The notes under the pieces are model-generated. The model searched no databases. It was given only the letters and a program-made list of their open reading frames with translations, and had not been told where the DNA came from. A stretch of DNA of 60,015 nucleotides, counting the filler, from Callorhinchus milii (taxonomy: Eukaryota), in NCBI RefSeq assembly GCF_018977255.1. It is 2 parts of 2 records of this genome, joined end to end, with 100 filler letters (N's around TTAATTAATTAA, not from the genome) between each part and the next. Parts side by side here need not be neighbours in the genome. Positions count along the whole stretch, not along the records: positions 1 to 29,976 come from NW_024705637.1; 1 more part is not named here. One strand, written 5' to 3'. Positions 1-12,987 of this stretch are shown piece by piece; the first letter of the stretch is position 1; every line of letters begins with the position of its first letter. The position numbers and the translations under genes were made by a program.

Positions 1-589
1 GATGACGGGGGGTGTGGGGGGGTGTGGGGGGAAATTAACATGAAAAATCATGATCAACATGAATTTCGTTTGCTTTGGGACGTCCTCCTGACATGTAAAG
101 GTGCTCTATAAATGTAATTTTGCTGTTTTTTCGAAGGGGGCTATTTTACTGGAGTTCTTGGTACGAATCCTGACATCTGATCCGATCCGATTCGGCACTT
201 ATAACATCAAAAGCTGCGGAGTGCTTCACATTTGCTGTCAGGTGCAGTGACTGTGTATTCATAGATAAACACAGCAACCAGTTTACACACAGTCAGGTCC
301 CCCAGAAAACAGTGGTGGGATGAATTTGTGTGGGGAGGACAGTTGCCCAGGACACCGGGAGAAGCTCCCTTCTCATTCCCAACAGATTCCTGGGTTTTAT
401 CCAAAAGGATAACGCCGCCAACAACACAGCGCTCTCTCTCTCTCTCTCTCCTCCCAGCACTGCGCTGGAGGGTCAGCCCTGACCATCAGCTCAAAGTCCC
501 CTTCATGTGGGGACTTGAATACAAAATACACCCTAATAAGTGATGGCTTTCTCTTCTCCTTTATTTCCCTCCATGGCTTTCTGTTTCAG

Positions 590-838
590 CCCCTCCCCAC
601 CCACACCCCCTCCCCACCCACACTCACTCACACCCCACCCACACCCCCTCCCCACCCACACTCATACCCCCTCCCACCCACACTCACTCACACCCCACCC
701 ACACCCCACCCACACCCCTCCCCACCCACAATCACACCCCTCCCCACCCACACTCACACCCCCTCCCTACCCACACTCACACCCCCACACTCCCCCCCCC
801 ACTCACACCCCCTCCCCCCCACACTCCCCTCCCCCCCT
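590..838 (+). repeat. C/A-rich low-complexity tandem repeat
   Basis: Iterated ccccacccacactcac units. Confidence 0.9.
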
Positions 839-914
839 GTGGGCTAATTGCCAGGATCTGATCTGATCAGAACTGAATGTACCAAACACAGCTGACCCCC
901 CCCCAGCCCTGGCC

Positions 915-1101
915 TGTGATTGGCGGATCCCACTGACTGGCAACATGTTGCAATTTGCGGGGAATCCCCCGCGGGTGACGCATGCGCAGAGCGCTCCGGC
1001 GCGGGGGAATTCCTCAGATACCCACTTCCGGGTTGTCAGTCGGTTCACTGCTCAGATCGGCCCCGACCCGGGACCCGGGACCCGAGCGGGAATGGGGACA
1101 G
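915..1101 (+). promoter_or_regulatory. TNIP1 CpG-rich promoter and probable non-coding first exon
   Basis: Reverse CCAAT (GATTGG ~918-923), kappaB matches GGGGAATCCCCC (959-970) and GGGGAATTCC (1004-1013), CRE/NRF1-like GTGACGCATGCGCA (975-988), ETS ACTTCCGG (1024-1031), then a strong donor CAG|GTAAGC at 1101/1102. CpG-dense. Confidence 0.7.
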
Positions 1102-1130
1102 GTAAGCCGGGGTGTGGGGGAGCGGGGGGG

Positions 1131-1749
1131 GAGACAGAGAGAGACAGAGACACAGAGAGAGACACAGAGACAGACAGAGAGACAGACAGAGAGAGACAGA
1201 CAGAGAGACACAGAGAGAGACAGAGACACAGAGACAGAGAGAGAGACAGAGAGAGAGAGACAGACAGAGAGACAGACAGAGAGAGACACAGAGACAGAGA
1301 GACAGAGACACAGAGACAGAGAGAGACAGAGAGACACAGAGAGAGACAGAGACAGAGAGACAGACAGAGAGGCAGACAGAGAGAGACAGACAGAGAGACA
1401 CAGAGAGAGAGACAGACAGAGAGAGACACAGAGAGAGACAGAGACACAGAGACAGAGAGAGACAGAGAGAGACAGAGAGAGAGAGACAGACAGAGAGACA
1501 GACAGAGAGAGACACAGAGACAGAGAGAGACACAGAGAGAGAGAGAGACAGAGAGACAGACAGAGAGAGACACAGAGACAGAGAGAGACAGAGAGAGAGA
1601 GACAGACAGAGAGACAGACAGAGAGAGACACAGAGACAGAGAGAGACAGAGAGAGACACAGAGACAGAGAGAGACACAGAGACAGAGAGAGACACAGAGA
1701 CAGACACAGAGACAAAGAGAGAGAGACACAGAGACAGAGACAGAGAGAG
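1131..1749 (+). repeat. Compound (GA)n/(GACA)n microsatellite
   Basis: Source of the spurious ERDT/SLSV ORFs. Confidence 0.98.
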
Positions 1750-2644
1750 TGTTCAATGTGGACCTCACGAGGACGTTGTGGATTTGTTTTGCTCCGAAAT
1801 GTCTCCTGAAGGAGTGAAGCCATTCGCTGACTCTGTGTCCGGTGTTTGTGCTCCGGTGGTCGTTGTGGCGGATTGGAGAGTCGGAGGGAAGCCTCACCGC
1901 CCCCTCTCTCCTCTCCTCACCCACTCCCGTTTAGGGTCCGTGACTGTGTGTGACTGTGTGTGTGTGTGGGGCTGAGGGGCCAATCCCCAGTTTCCATCCC
2001 TGGTCGGTGAGGAGGTTGTGGATCTCACTCGGGGTGAAGTGAGACGGTGACAGCAGCGAAGGAGACTGTGTGACCCCCTCTGAAGCTCTCACTCACTCAC
2101 TCACTCACTCACTCACTTCTCACTCCATCCTCTGCTCTGTCCCCATCACTCACACACACTGGAACTCCCTCATCTCTTTCGCCGAACACTTTTAACATAA
2201 CTGTCTTCCTGTTATTTATCCCAAACCCCTTATACTGCGCGGAAGGTTTTAATGGTCTTTTGTTTCCTTTGTTATGGACTCAGTTTCGAGAGCCTTTTGT
2301 GGTGAGGTTTCCAGCGATGTGTCAGTGAGTGAGTGAGTGAGTGTCTGTAAAACAAATCCTCGCATAAGATCCCAGAATTTTCTCTGTTGTGTTAATGAGT
2401 CACTGATCGGGAAAAGTCCCGATGAGTGAAATGTAGAATTTTGCACCACAGAAGGAGGCCATTTGGCCCATCGTGACTGTGCCATCTCCCTGCAAAAGCT
2501 GTCCAACCACTCCCACTCCCCCTCTCTGACCCCACAGCTCTGCACATTTTCCTTTTCAAGTCACTATCCCGATGCCCTTGTGAATCCGCTTCCACCCTTT
2601 CGGGCAGTGCATTCCAGACAGTAACAACTCTCCGGGTAAAAAGA

Positions 2645-3000
2645 GAGTCCTGTAGGTCAGTGGTCAGAGCACTCGCCTTCGCAAGCGAGATACCTGGGTT
2701 CGATTCCCGGGCAGGGCAAAACGGTGGGCAAGTTTCCTTACTCCACACGTCAGCAGTAAGTAGGAACCTGGTTGTTAGTTGATCGCTTTTCCGGGAGTAA
2801 TAATTCCTTCAAGAAAAATAATAAATTGGCCACTTCAATCCACAGCTGTTTGTAAGTCACTGCTGTGTGCAATCGGCTGCCGCATTTCACCAATGAAATA
2901 TACAGTCAATTTGCTTTACAGTATATCATGGGAAGCACTTTGAAACACCTCAAAGACATGATAAGGCGCTACATCAAAGGCAAGGATTACTATTATAATA
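2645..3000 (+). mobile_element. tRNA(Ala-like)-derived SINE, near full length
   Basis: A box TAGGTCAGTGG, B box GGTTCGATTCC, Deu-like core (ctgtgtgcaatcggctgccgc), tail gataaggcgcta..caaggattactatt. Homologous copies occur across the window. Confidence 0.85.
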
Positions 3001-4380
3001 AAGAGATTTGCTCTGTTGGATGAGATAGGACATTGCTGGTAAATGGAGAGTGTTATTGTGATGGATTGAAGGAGACTCGCCTCTCTCTGACTGAGAGTGA
3101 GCAGATCGCAATAGCAACAGGAAATCCTCCGTTCAGATGGTGATCTGATAGACGTGAAAGCTGGAAACCCCGCAACACGTTATATACCCCCAGGCAGGAG
3201 CTTCACTCCCTCAGGAACTGAAAGAGAAAGTCAGGTTAACATTTCAGGGGTGAAACTCTTCAAAGCGTTCTCTCTCTATTACAAAACTCAGTTTAACCCC
3301 TCGGTCCCTGGTGTCTGCACTGAAAGATAAATTGTGCTTTTATTGGGCGCTACGGTGGGACCCACCGTGCATTTAAAGGTATCTCTCGCTCCGAGGCACC
3401 CGCAGGTTGAGGTGACTGTACTCCAGGGGTTCGTTCCCCCTTTAAAACTTCTCAAATTGAAACATCCCCCACCAGACCGACTTAAAGGGACAGTCCGATG
3501 ATTAATTCAGTTGCAGGAGGAAAAAAAACATCTTCAGTTTCCATCTCCGCTGTGTCTGAAGGCAGCCACTGACATCCCGGCTTTGTCACTGGCTTCACAT
3601 TGACTGAGACCGTTATGCAGTAAATCTCCCAACGTAAACAGCTGTGAGGGTACGAGGGGCTCAGGGCAATCGATCAGAAACCAGCCTCACTTGTTATCCC
3701 CCCAGAAATGGAATTCTGTAGTATTATAATATACTCTGATCCATTCTCTGCTCTCTTTTCTCTCCCCATCCTGCCTGTGCTGGTGCTCGCTCCTCCCATG
3801 GGAACTCTCTACTCTAATCCCAGTGATGTGTCACCCCTCCGGCTCGGATGAGTGCTGACTAGCTGATGATTGCGATGATTGTTTTGCAACAGGGACTTGG
3901 GGGAATGGCTGTGGGTCGGGGGAAGAGCAGGGACAGTCCGCAACATGATCTCATCCATTCAAGAGCAGTTGGACTGCTCAATAGAGGGTGACACAACCCT
4001 GGGCCACTGTGTTAGATTCTGGTGTTGGGTTGTGGTTGTCACCTATAGTAACACTGTACGGATTGGAATCTCCCCCAGTCAACTACAATTTATGAAGTGT
4101 TTTGAGACATCTCAACGCTGAGATAAGGCGCTATATCAAATGCAAGGATTATTATTACAGGTAATCGCTGTCCACTGTATTGACTTAACTTATGCGGGAA
4201 TCGATTTAGAGGGGAGGGGAGAAGATTAAAGGGGGGGGAAGAGAGAGTGTCTGTGTGTTTGCTGTGGGGGTGGGGTGGGGGTAGTGGAGGTTGCTGAGCA
4301 GATGGTTACCTCGCGTTGCTTTGCATGTGTTGCAGTGAGGGGAGGGTTTGACTGCTCTAAATGAGGAGTGGTGAGCGGCG

Positions 4381-7300
4381 ATGGAGGGAAGAACCCCGTT
4401 TCGGATCTATGACCCTGGTGGGGTGGAAGCCATGACCTGGAACAGTCTGCAGCAGAACAACGCGTCCTACCAGCAGCTGCTGGCGGAGAACAGTGTCCTG
4501 AAGGAGAGGATGAAGGGTCTCCAAAGTCTAGGTACCAGCTCCCTCATAGCTTGTCGTCGTGTCGCTGCCTGTGGCGGCGGGGTGTGGGGCGGGGGGATGG
4601 GAAACTACTGGGTTAGAGGAGGGAGAGGGCTCTTCTCCCTCCCGGCCCAACACCGGCTCTCAATTTCAAGATCCTCACAGTCGTCTTCAAATCCCTTTAC
4701 TCCCTGACACTTCCCTTCCTCTCCGACCTACCAACTCCCCAACCCACTGCCTGTGGCTTCTGCTCGACTGGCTCCAGCCTCCTGCATGTATCCTCCTCCG
4801 CTCCACCATCGGTGGCTGCACTTTCAGCCCCTACTCCCCGAAACTGTGGAACACTCTCCCTCTGTCCCTCCACTTTGCCACCGTCCTTCCTCTGTGACCG
4901 TGCCTCTGGGCACCTCCGCCGGTGTCAAGCGCCCTGCGTGAGGGCAGCTATATAAGTGCAAGTTGTTATTGATTACTTCCCCCCTCCTCCCCCCGTACGA
5001 ATTATTTCCTGGTCTCCCACCTGAATGTGCTCTAACCCTGTGACCCCCCCCCCACTCCCCCGCTGTGAGAACACAGCTATTTTTTGGGGGGACCACAGCT
5101 CTTGAGGGGGCGGGGGGAGAATGGGGGTAGGGGAACGAGCCTGCCACAGTGTCCCAGCCTCTCCCCCACACACAGGAAACCTGTTGGAGGAGTCCCAGAC
5201 GGAGGCCTTGAGGCTGAGGCAGAAGGTGGAGGAGTTGGTGCGCGACAGCGAGGACTTGAGATCCAGCCCCGGCCTCTTGCTGGCCGAGACCTCGAGCCCC
5301 CAGACACCCACCGGCCCCCAGACACCCACCGGCCCCCCAGCCTCCACCGGGCCCCTGGCTTCCACTGTGCCCCCAGATAATCAAGGTATGTGACGAGGTT
5401 ACAGAGGAGAGCTCCAGGACTGTGTGGGTGGCGCTGGGTGAGGAGGTGGTTGGGAATGGAGCTCAGACACTGTTCCTGATCTTGGCTATGACTCTCTCTC
5501 TCTGTCTCTCTCTCTCTCTCTGGGTTCCTCTGTAGACCTGTGCCAGGTCCCAGCACAGGCAGATCCGCAGACTGGCGGGATCCACACGCCGGGAAAAGCC
5601 GAACAGAAGCCGCCGGGCAGCGTACGTACAAGGAGTTACCCCCTCACTCACACCTGTTGCCACCCCCTCACTGCCCCCCCACTCGCTCACTGGCCGCTCA
5701 GTAGCAAAGTGATTTTTTTACGCATACTGGACACTTCCATTGATACAACACGTGGCATTTGCACAGCACCTTTCACCTTGGGAGGAAGTCCCAAGGGGTT
5801 GGACAGTCAGGAATTTGGACCTGAGCTGGGGGGGTCAGGGAGGGAGGGGGGTTGGGTGTCACAGGCTGAGTTGCTGTGCGTTGTGTGTCTGTCCTTCACG
5901 TGTTCGTTACATTCTCAGGAAACGTCCTCGGAATTTGAAATCGTCAACATGGAAGAGAAGATGGAGAGAAGTGAAGGAGAGAGAGAGGTGAGATTTCCCC
6001 CCCTGTCCCTGCGAATGGGGCGCGTGGATTACTGGGGTTAGAGGAGTGAGAGAGAGAGCTCCAGTGAGGGAGTGAGACAGAAGGAGCCCATGCTGAGAGC
6101 TGTGGGAAGTAGCCTCGGAAGATTCCCCCCGGGAGTCAGTGAGGAATTCCATTAGAATTCCCAGGGGAGAGAGGAAAGGTGAGGTCAGGGCTAAGATCAA
6201 GTGTAGTTTCTGTTCTTATCACCATTGTGCGGCTTTCAGAAAGATCTCCTGTTGAGAGTCGCTTGTGTCTGACACGGCCATGAGGCAATGTCGGAGACTG
6301 AGCTTCCTCCCGCCCCCTGTTGGCTGGGATTGGGATTGCAGCAACCGCCAATCTGAGGAGCTCGATCACAAAGAGATACCGGACTGTGGGGCTCGCTCGC
6401 CAGGTCACTGGGCTCAGGAGGGGCTTATCGTGAAGACGGGCATCAGGTCCGCCTCGTCCTGTGGCGATTTGGTGCCGGAGAGAGTTTGTGGGGATAACAC
6501 TCGCTACAGTTTAAGAAATGGGTTTCGGTCTAAATCGCCTTAATTAAAGGGGTGATCGGGGCCAAACTGTGTAACCTCCCTCCGTTTCCCCCCCCATCTC
6601 TCTCCCTCCCCCCCTCTCTCTCCCCCACCCCCTCTCTGCCCCTCCTCTCTCCCCCCTCCTCTCTCCCTCCCCCCTCTCTCCCCCCTCCTCTCTTCCTCTC
6701 TACCCCACCCCTCTCTACCCCACCCCTCTCTACCCCCCTCTCTACCCTCCACTCTATTTCCCCCTTCTCTCACCCCCTTCTCTCTGCCCCCTCTCTCTCT
6801 CTCTCTCTCTCCACGTCTCTCTCTCCTCCCTCTCTCTCTCTCTGCCCACCCCCCAACCCACCGTGGGGTGTGTAGCTGGCTGGTGAGGATGGCGATGTGT
6901 CTGGATACCTGAACAGACTGGGCAGTTCTCTCAGTGTATTTGCTGAGGAGACGAACCGTAAGCAGCTCCTGGCTCACCTCAGCCGCATGGCCGTGGACTT
7001 CTCCCGACTGACAGCCAAGGTCCAACGCAACGAGTCCAAGACCTCCGTTCTGCAGGTACCGCAACCCCCGCTTGGGCTCTGCCCCCACCCCGCCCGGACT
7101 CCGCCCGGACTCCGCCCATCCACGCCCAGACCTGCCCGGACTCCTCCCTGCCTCCACCCTCTCCCCGCTCTCCCTTGACTCCCCACCACCACCCAGTCCT
7201 GGCTACAGATTAGCCCTCGGCCTACACAACACACAGTCACTACATGGCAGTTCCGCGGGTGCTGAGCATTGATGTTGGGCTGTTGCCGCAGACGCTGTGT

Positions 7301-10300
7301 GAGCAGCTCCGCAGCGAGAACGAGGATCTGCGCAGGAAACTGGATAATGACATCCAGCACCAGAGCCGTGTGGTGGAGAGGATCCAGTACGTACTCACAC
7401 TCGCGTACACACACTCACCCTCCCGACACTCGCGCACACACACACGATGCTCACATTCACACACATACTCACACACTCTCCCTCTCTCTCACCTCTCACT
7501 CTCTGTGTCTCTCTCTCGCGTTCACTCACTCACCTCTATCTCTCTTTCCCTCTCTCTGTCACGGGATTAATAATGGTTGTTTCCTCTCGGCTCTGTCAGG
7601 CAGGAGAACGAGCAGCTGAGGCGAGCGAGTGGGGAGAGGGCACTGACAGGCCAGCGAAGGCTTACGGCCCCCACAGTGGGAGCAGAGGGCCAGCAGGTAG
7701 GTCACATATTATCTCAACGTCCCCCCCACCCACCACCCTGGTCACTCCAGCACCTGCCACTGTTAAGCGCTCTGAGATGCGTAGGGGGCGCTGTGTAAGT
7801 TCTTGTTGCAATCACTCTAATCTCTCTCTCCCCCTCTCTGCCCAGAGCCCCGAGGTCCCGGAGCAGGCGGGGGGGAGGAAAGAGCTGGAGATCCTGGAGA
7901 AGAAAGCCCAAGCCCTGGAACAGCAGAGGAGGGAGGTGAGGCTGAGAGCGATACCGTAGTCACAGCTCCCAGCCCTCAGCGTAGGGCAACACCGCAGCCC
8001 CCGGCACAGCGGTGGGTGGGGAGGGGGGAAGAAGGGGCCTCAGACTGTTCTGGGGAGATGCTGTGAACCCAGGCGGGTGCTGCTGGCTGAGTGGCTTCTC
8101 AGTGAGACTTGGAAGGTGCCACACGTCCTTAACCCTGTGATCAATGCCGAGCCGGGAGAGCTTGAGTGATCGCTCAGTGTTGTGGTTTCCGCGTGGCTGT
8201 GTGCTCTGCTCGCTCTCCCTGTGCGTTGGGGACGTCCTCCCGGCCTGAAAGGCACAATACACAAATGTAATTTGTAGTTGTTGTTGTTACAGCTGTTGGA
8301 GGTGAACAAGCAGTGGGACCAGCAGTTTCGCACTATGAAGCAACAGTACGAGCAGAAGGTAACGTTACCGCACACAGCTCCCGTCCGACTGTCCGTCCGG
8401 GCACACGTTAGAGGTCCTGTAGCATTATTGGAAACCTTGGAGGTTTCTCCTGGCGTCCTGGCCGACATCGTCTCTCTCTCCCCCATCGTAACATTGTCTC
8501 TCTCTCCCCATCGTAACATTGTCTCTCTCTCCCCATCGTAACATTGTCTCTCTCTCTCCCCATCGCAACACTGTCTCTCCCCCATCACAACACTGTCTCT
8601 CTCCCCATCGCAACACTGTCTCTCTCCCATCGTAACATTGTCACCATATTACAATACTGTAAATCCTGTGAAGCATTTTGAGACATCCTCCCAACATCCT
8701 CCCATCCTCCCAACTGTGCAGCGCCTTGGGACGTCCTCCTGACGTGAAAGGCGCTCTATAAATGGAATCTTGTTGTTGTTGTTGTTGTTGTTAATTGTGT
8801 TGTTATATGACTGTTATTATTATTGCTCTTATTGTTATTGTATTATTGGAATTGGTATACTGTTATTTTGTTTTATGTTTATATTACTATTATTTGTAAT
8901 AATATTGTTACACTGTTGTTGCGATATTGTGCTGATATTGTATATTGTTGTTATTACCTTCTTGTTGTTGTGCTAATCAGATAGTGGAGCTACGCCAACG
9001 GTTATCAGTCTCACAGCGATCGCTGAGTGGGCAGGAGGCTGATCGCGATGTGCGGCAACGAGACTTTGACAAGCAACTGCTGCTGGCCAAGACCCGGATC
9101 AGCAGCGGAGAGGTACAGAACCCCTCCCACACCCCAACCCCTGACCCAACACAACCCCCACCCTGATCCCCCAGCTCCCAGCTCCCGCCTCGCACAGCAA
9201 GACATCCATTCAACTCAGACTTGTCAAAAACATTAACTAATACCTTTTACCATCTCTGTGTCTCTCTGACTGTGTGTGTGTGTGGGTATGTGTCTTTCTC
9301 TCTCTATACCACTCATACGGTCTTTCTCGCTCCCATAACTGTCTCACTCTCTCTGTTTCAGTCCGAGGTTAAGGAGCTGAAACAGAAGAACAAGTGTCTC
9401 CAGGATCAGCTCATGTCTCTGACCAAACAGCGGGAATATCAAGAGAGGGAAATCCAGCGGCTCAACAAGGTGTGGACACGTCAACCTCTTTACTTCACAA
9501 ATATATTCCATCCAAAGTGCGGTGGATATCGTTCATTGCTGTCTCACTGTGTGTGTGTGTGTGTGTGTGTGAGGGTCGCTGTGGATGTGTGTGTGTGTGT
9601 GTGGGTCGCTGTGGATGTATGTGTGTGTGTGTGTGTGTGAGGGTCGCTGTGGATGTGTGTGTGTGTGTGTGTGTGTGAGGGTCGCTGTGGATGTATGTGT
9701 GTGTGTGTGTGTGAGGGTCGCTGTGGATGTATGTGTGTGTGTGTGTGTGTGGGGTCGCTGTGGATGTATGTGTGTGTGTGTGTGTGTGAGGGTCGCTGTG
9801 GATGTATGTGTGTGTGTGTGTGGGGGTCGCTGTGGATGTGTGTGTGTGTGTGTGGGTCGCTGTGGATGTATGTGTGTGTGTGTGTGTGGGGTCGCTGTGG
9901 ATGTATGTGTGTGTGTGTGAGGGTCGCTGTGGATGTATGTGTGTGTGTGGGGGTCGCTGTGGATGTATGTGTGTGTGTGTGTGGGGGTCGCTGTGGATGT
10001 GTGTGTGGGGGTCGCTGTGAGTGTGTGGGTGTGTGTGGGTCGCTGTGGGTGTGGCTGTGTGTGTGTGTGGGGGGGGGGGGGGTCGCTGTGGGTTTGGCTG
10101 TGTGTGTGTGTGTATCCACCCACACATGTGTAGTGACATGTTTGTGTCTCAGGCTCTGGAGAACGTGTTGACGGCTCAGACTCCTCTGTTTGTCGCTGGA
10201 GAAACAGGTGTCGGTGCCCAGAGACAGGAGCTGCTCACTCAGCTCGAGGTCCTCAAACACCAGGTAAGAGCCCTTCCTCCCCCGTCACCCCTCCCCCTCG

Positions 10301-11852
10301 CAACCCCTCCCTCTCCATAACCCATCACCTCTCCCCAAACAGCTGTGAGCTGTGTCACTGTCGGGCAGTTTGTGGCGCTGTGTCGCGGTGGTCATGTGTG
10401 TGTTGGTCACTGGGTCACGTGTGTGTGTGTGTGCGTGTAATTTCCAGGTGAAGATCTTTCAGGAGGATTTCCAGAGGGAGAGGAGCGACCGGGAGAGAAT
10501 GAATGAGGAAAAGGAGGTGTTAAAGCTTCAGCTGGAGCAGCTTCAGAGTCAGAACGGTCTCCTCAACACACAGGTACCCACACTCCCCCCTCTCCCTCTG
10601 CAGCCCCCAACACACAGGAGCCCACCCACCCTCTCCCTCCGCACCCCCCAACACACAGGGACCACCCGCCCCCCTCCCATCCACCCACAGTTTTATTCTC
10701 TTCTGATTCCCCCCACCCCCTAATCCCATACGTACATGTTCTCACTTTCTTTCTCTCTCTCTTGCTCGCTCTCTCTCTCTCACGGTGTCTCTCGCTCTGT
10801 CTCCGCTGTCAGCTGCGAGTCTATCACGATGATTATTAGGAGGAGAAGTTGCAAAAGGAAAAGTTTTAGCGAATCCTGAAGCTTCAGAAACAGGTCCTGG
10901 AGGAGGTACAGGGAGCGAGAGAGCTCGAGGGAGGGAGAGAGAGAGAGAGAGCACGGGCGAGAGTATGTGTAACGTGAGAATGATCATCTCACAGGGAGTG
11001 TGGCAAATGAGGCAGATCATAACCTGATGTTCCTGTGCAGCACTGTGTGGGGGGGAGAGGGGGTGCCCTGTTTGTGTGTGTAATGTGGCCGCCCGGTTTG
11101 CCTGTAACAGTCACTTCACGTAAGAGCGAGTGCACTTTGCTACGTTCTAAGCTAAGGCACGGACTGACGGTGTTGTTGTTGTTCCTCTCCTCACTCTGAT
11201 CTCCGTTGACAGGATCCAGCAGAGAGACGTTCCTCAGAGCCCTCGGCCCGAGCCCCCACCCCATTCTGCCCCGGCTACCCCGTGCCCCCCTACCCACCGC
11301 TCCCCCAGGTGCACGGGGGCTACGACTGGCAGATCCACTACCCGCCCACGGCCCTGGGACTCGGGCCCGTGCCCTACCACCTGGTGAGTCACAGCTAACG
11401 GGTCACTGTACACGCAGATACGCGCACACACACCCAGACACACCCTCTGTGTTGCTGTGTGCCTCTGTATGGCTGATTCTCTGTTTCTGGCACAGACGGA
11501 CCCCCACTGGCACCCGCTCTGCCCCACGGCCCCCAGGATCCCGGCCAACACACAGCCCGACGGAGCCAAGCTGAACCGGATAGGTGAGAACAGGGATCGA
11601 GGTCAGGCCTCGCTCTGTGACCCTCGACCCTCATTTCCGGGTAGATCGTGGGGAAGTATTACTTACGTTGCATGTTGATGCTTGACCCTGCTGGATATGT
11701 GTGTGTTGGGGGGGGGGGGGGGTGAGCGCTGAGTGTGTGCGTGTGTGGGGTGGTGGGGGCTGTGTTTGTTCTGTGTGAGTGTTTAACCCCCCCCCTCTCT
11801 CTCTCCTGTTACAGATGCTCTGGCCCATGGCCCTGGGAAGGGCCAGCACTGA
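4381..11852 (+). CDS. TNIP1: TNFAIP3-interacting protein 1 (ABIN-1), multi-exon; one internal exon has two TAG stops
   Basis: Phase-consistent GT-AG exons: 4381-4531, 5176-5385, 5536-5621, 5919-5987, 6876-7055, 7292-7386, 7600-7696, 7846-7935, 8293-8358, 8981-9112, 9362-9469, 10153-10263, 10448-10573, [10813-10905], 11213-11383, 11496-11583, 11815-11852. TNIP1-type motifs: [29 protein letters not shown] (LIR-like), [44 protein letters not shown] (AHD1/UBAN), YDWQIHYPP. Tail-to-tail with GPX3, as in human. Confidence 0.92.
6590..6845 (+). repeat. Polypyrimidine (CT-rich) tract
   Basis: Almost pure C/T. Confidence 0.9.
8468..8642 (+). repeat. ~23-26 bp minisatellite (tgtctctctctccccatcgtaacat)
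   Basis: About 7 tandem copies with variable CT length. Confidence 0.9.
9547..10112 (+). repeat. Compound minisatellite (GT)n + GGTCGCTGTGGAT
   Basis: About 17 units in a TNIP1 intron. Confidence 0.95.
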
Positions 11853-12452
11853 GCCCAGTGACTACCTGACATTGACCTGCTTCTCCTGCTCTCAACCTGG
11901 AGGAGGTCCAAACTCCCAAGTACCTTCAGTGTGGGCAGCCTAGTTTCTGGCTCTGTGTCTCTCTGTTTGTAGACCTGGCTCTTGCCGTTTCGATTCGGGA
12001 GGGGCTTCCCGAGTTTCCAGTCGTGCTGGATTTTTGGCAACAATCATGTTCTGCTCTGAATTTCCAAACTTTGGTGTAAAAGCGAAATGGCATCAAAACC
12101 CCAGTTTGGAGAATTTGCCAAAGTTCAGCACAACTTGAAATTGGGAAACAATATGTTCCTGAGGTTGAAAACGGCTGGAATCTAATAGTCCCCCCACCCA
12201 CCCTAACCCCCCTCCCCTACTTCGCAACCCAGCTCCATCTTTCCTTCCCTTCTGTCCAGCCTCGGAGTGTGAGTAATTCTTCATTTGTCCACTTTAAAAA
12301 TACAATCCCCTGATATTAAAATCCTTGTTAAATCCCCTTTGACCTTTTGTGAATTTGTGGTGAGGGTGAGGGGGAGAGCGCGAGGGGAGACAACCCCCAC
12401 CCCCCAAACTGACTTATCTCAGCTTTCCAAAGTTGGCCACACAGAAGAAAGA

Positions 12453-12458
12453 TTTATT
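12453..12458 (-). terminator. GPX3 polyadenylation signal AATAAA
   Basis: tttatt on plus, ~320 nt downstream of the SECIS core. A candidate TNIP1 signal ATTAAA is at 12315-12320 on plus. Confidence 0.6.
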
Positions 12459-12764
12459 TGTAACCAGATTTAATGAAGACAGCACGGTGTGGGGAAGGCA
12501 AAGGGGAGGGGTTGGGAGCATGGTGGGGAGCATTGGGAGGGGGAGCGTAGGCCTGGGGGAACGGTGGGGGACGCTAAGGGAATGGGTGGGGAGCAGGAGC
12601 GTGCGGCCTGGGGGGCAAGATGGCTGGGGAGAGTGGGGCGATGGGGTTGGGGAGCGGGGGGAGAGGGGTGGAGGAGTGGGGGCTCGGGTGGGGAGGGGGT
12701 GGTGGAGCAGGAGCGTGTGGCCTGGGGGACAGGGCAGCCTGAATGCACTGAAGGAGCTGCTCTT

Positions 12765-12836
12765 GCCCAGACCAGCCTCAGACCAGGCCCCGCAGGGTCT
12801 GCTTTACAGCCTGGTCCTCACTGTCACGTCCTGCCA
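12765..12836 (-). promoter_or_regulatory. SECIS element (form 2) in GPX3 3' UTR
   Basis: Minus strand reads GUGAG-GACCAGGC-UGU-AAA-GCAG-ACC-CUGC-GGG-GCCUGGUC-UGAG: UGA/GA quartet, 8-bp perfect helix II core, apical AAA and an extra mini-helix. Core spans 12777-12821. Confidence 0.92.
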
Positions 12837-12987
12837 CACCCCCGCCTCCACCCCCAACCCTCAACTCCTAACACCCCCCGGGCCAGGGCAGTTTTGGGGG
12901 AGAGCAGACAATGTTGGGGTTACAGGGCGTCACTCAGCTGAGGTGTTGGAGTTGACTTTAGCTGTGGCTGGGGGCTGTCAGTAGGAG

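Noticed and set aside
945..1975. Long ORFs of 220-290 aa on both strands
   Set aside because: Translations of the (GA/GACA)n microsatellite.
2645..2720. tRNA genes
   Set aside because: Degenerate cloverleaf continuing into a SINE body and tail.
3290..3500. TTAACCC start, ACGGTGGG-A-CCCACCGT palindrome and TTAAAGGGACAGT (TTAA-type DNA transposon ends)
   Set aside because: No matching terminal inverted repeat pair found; at most MITE remnants.
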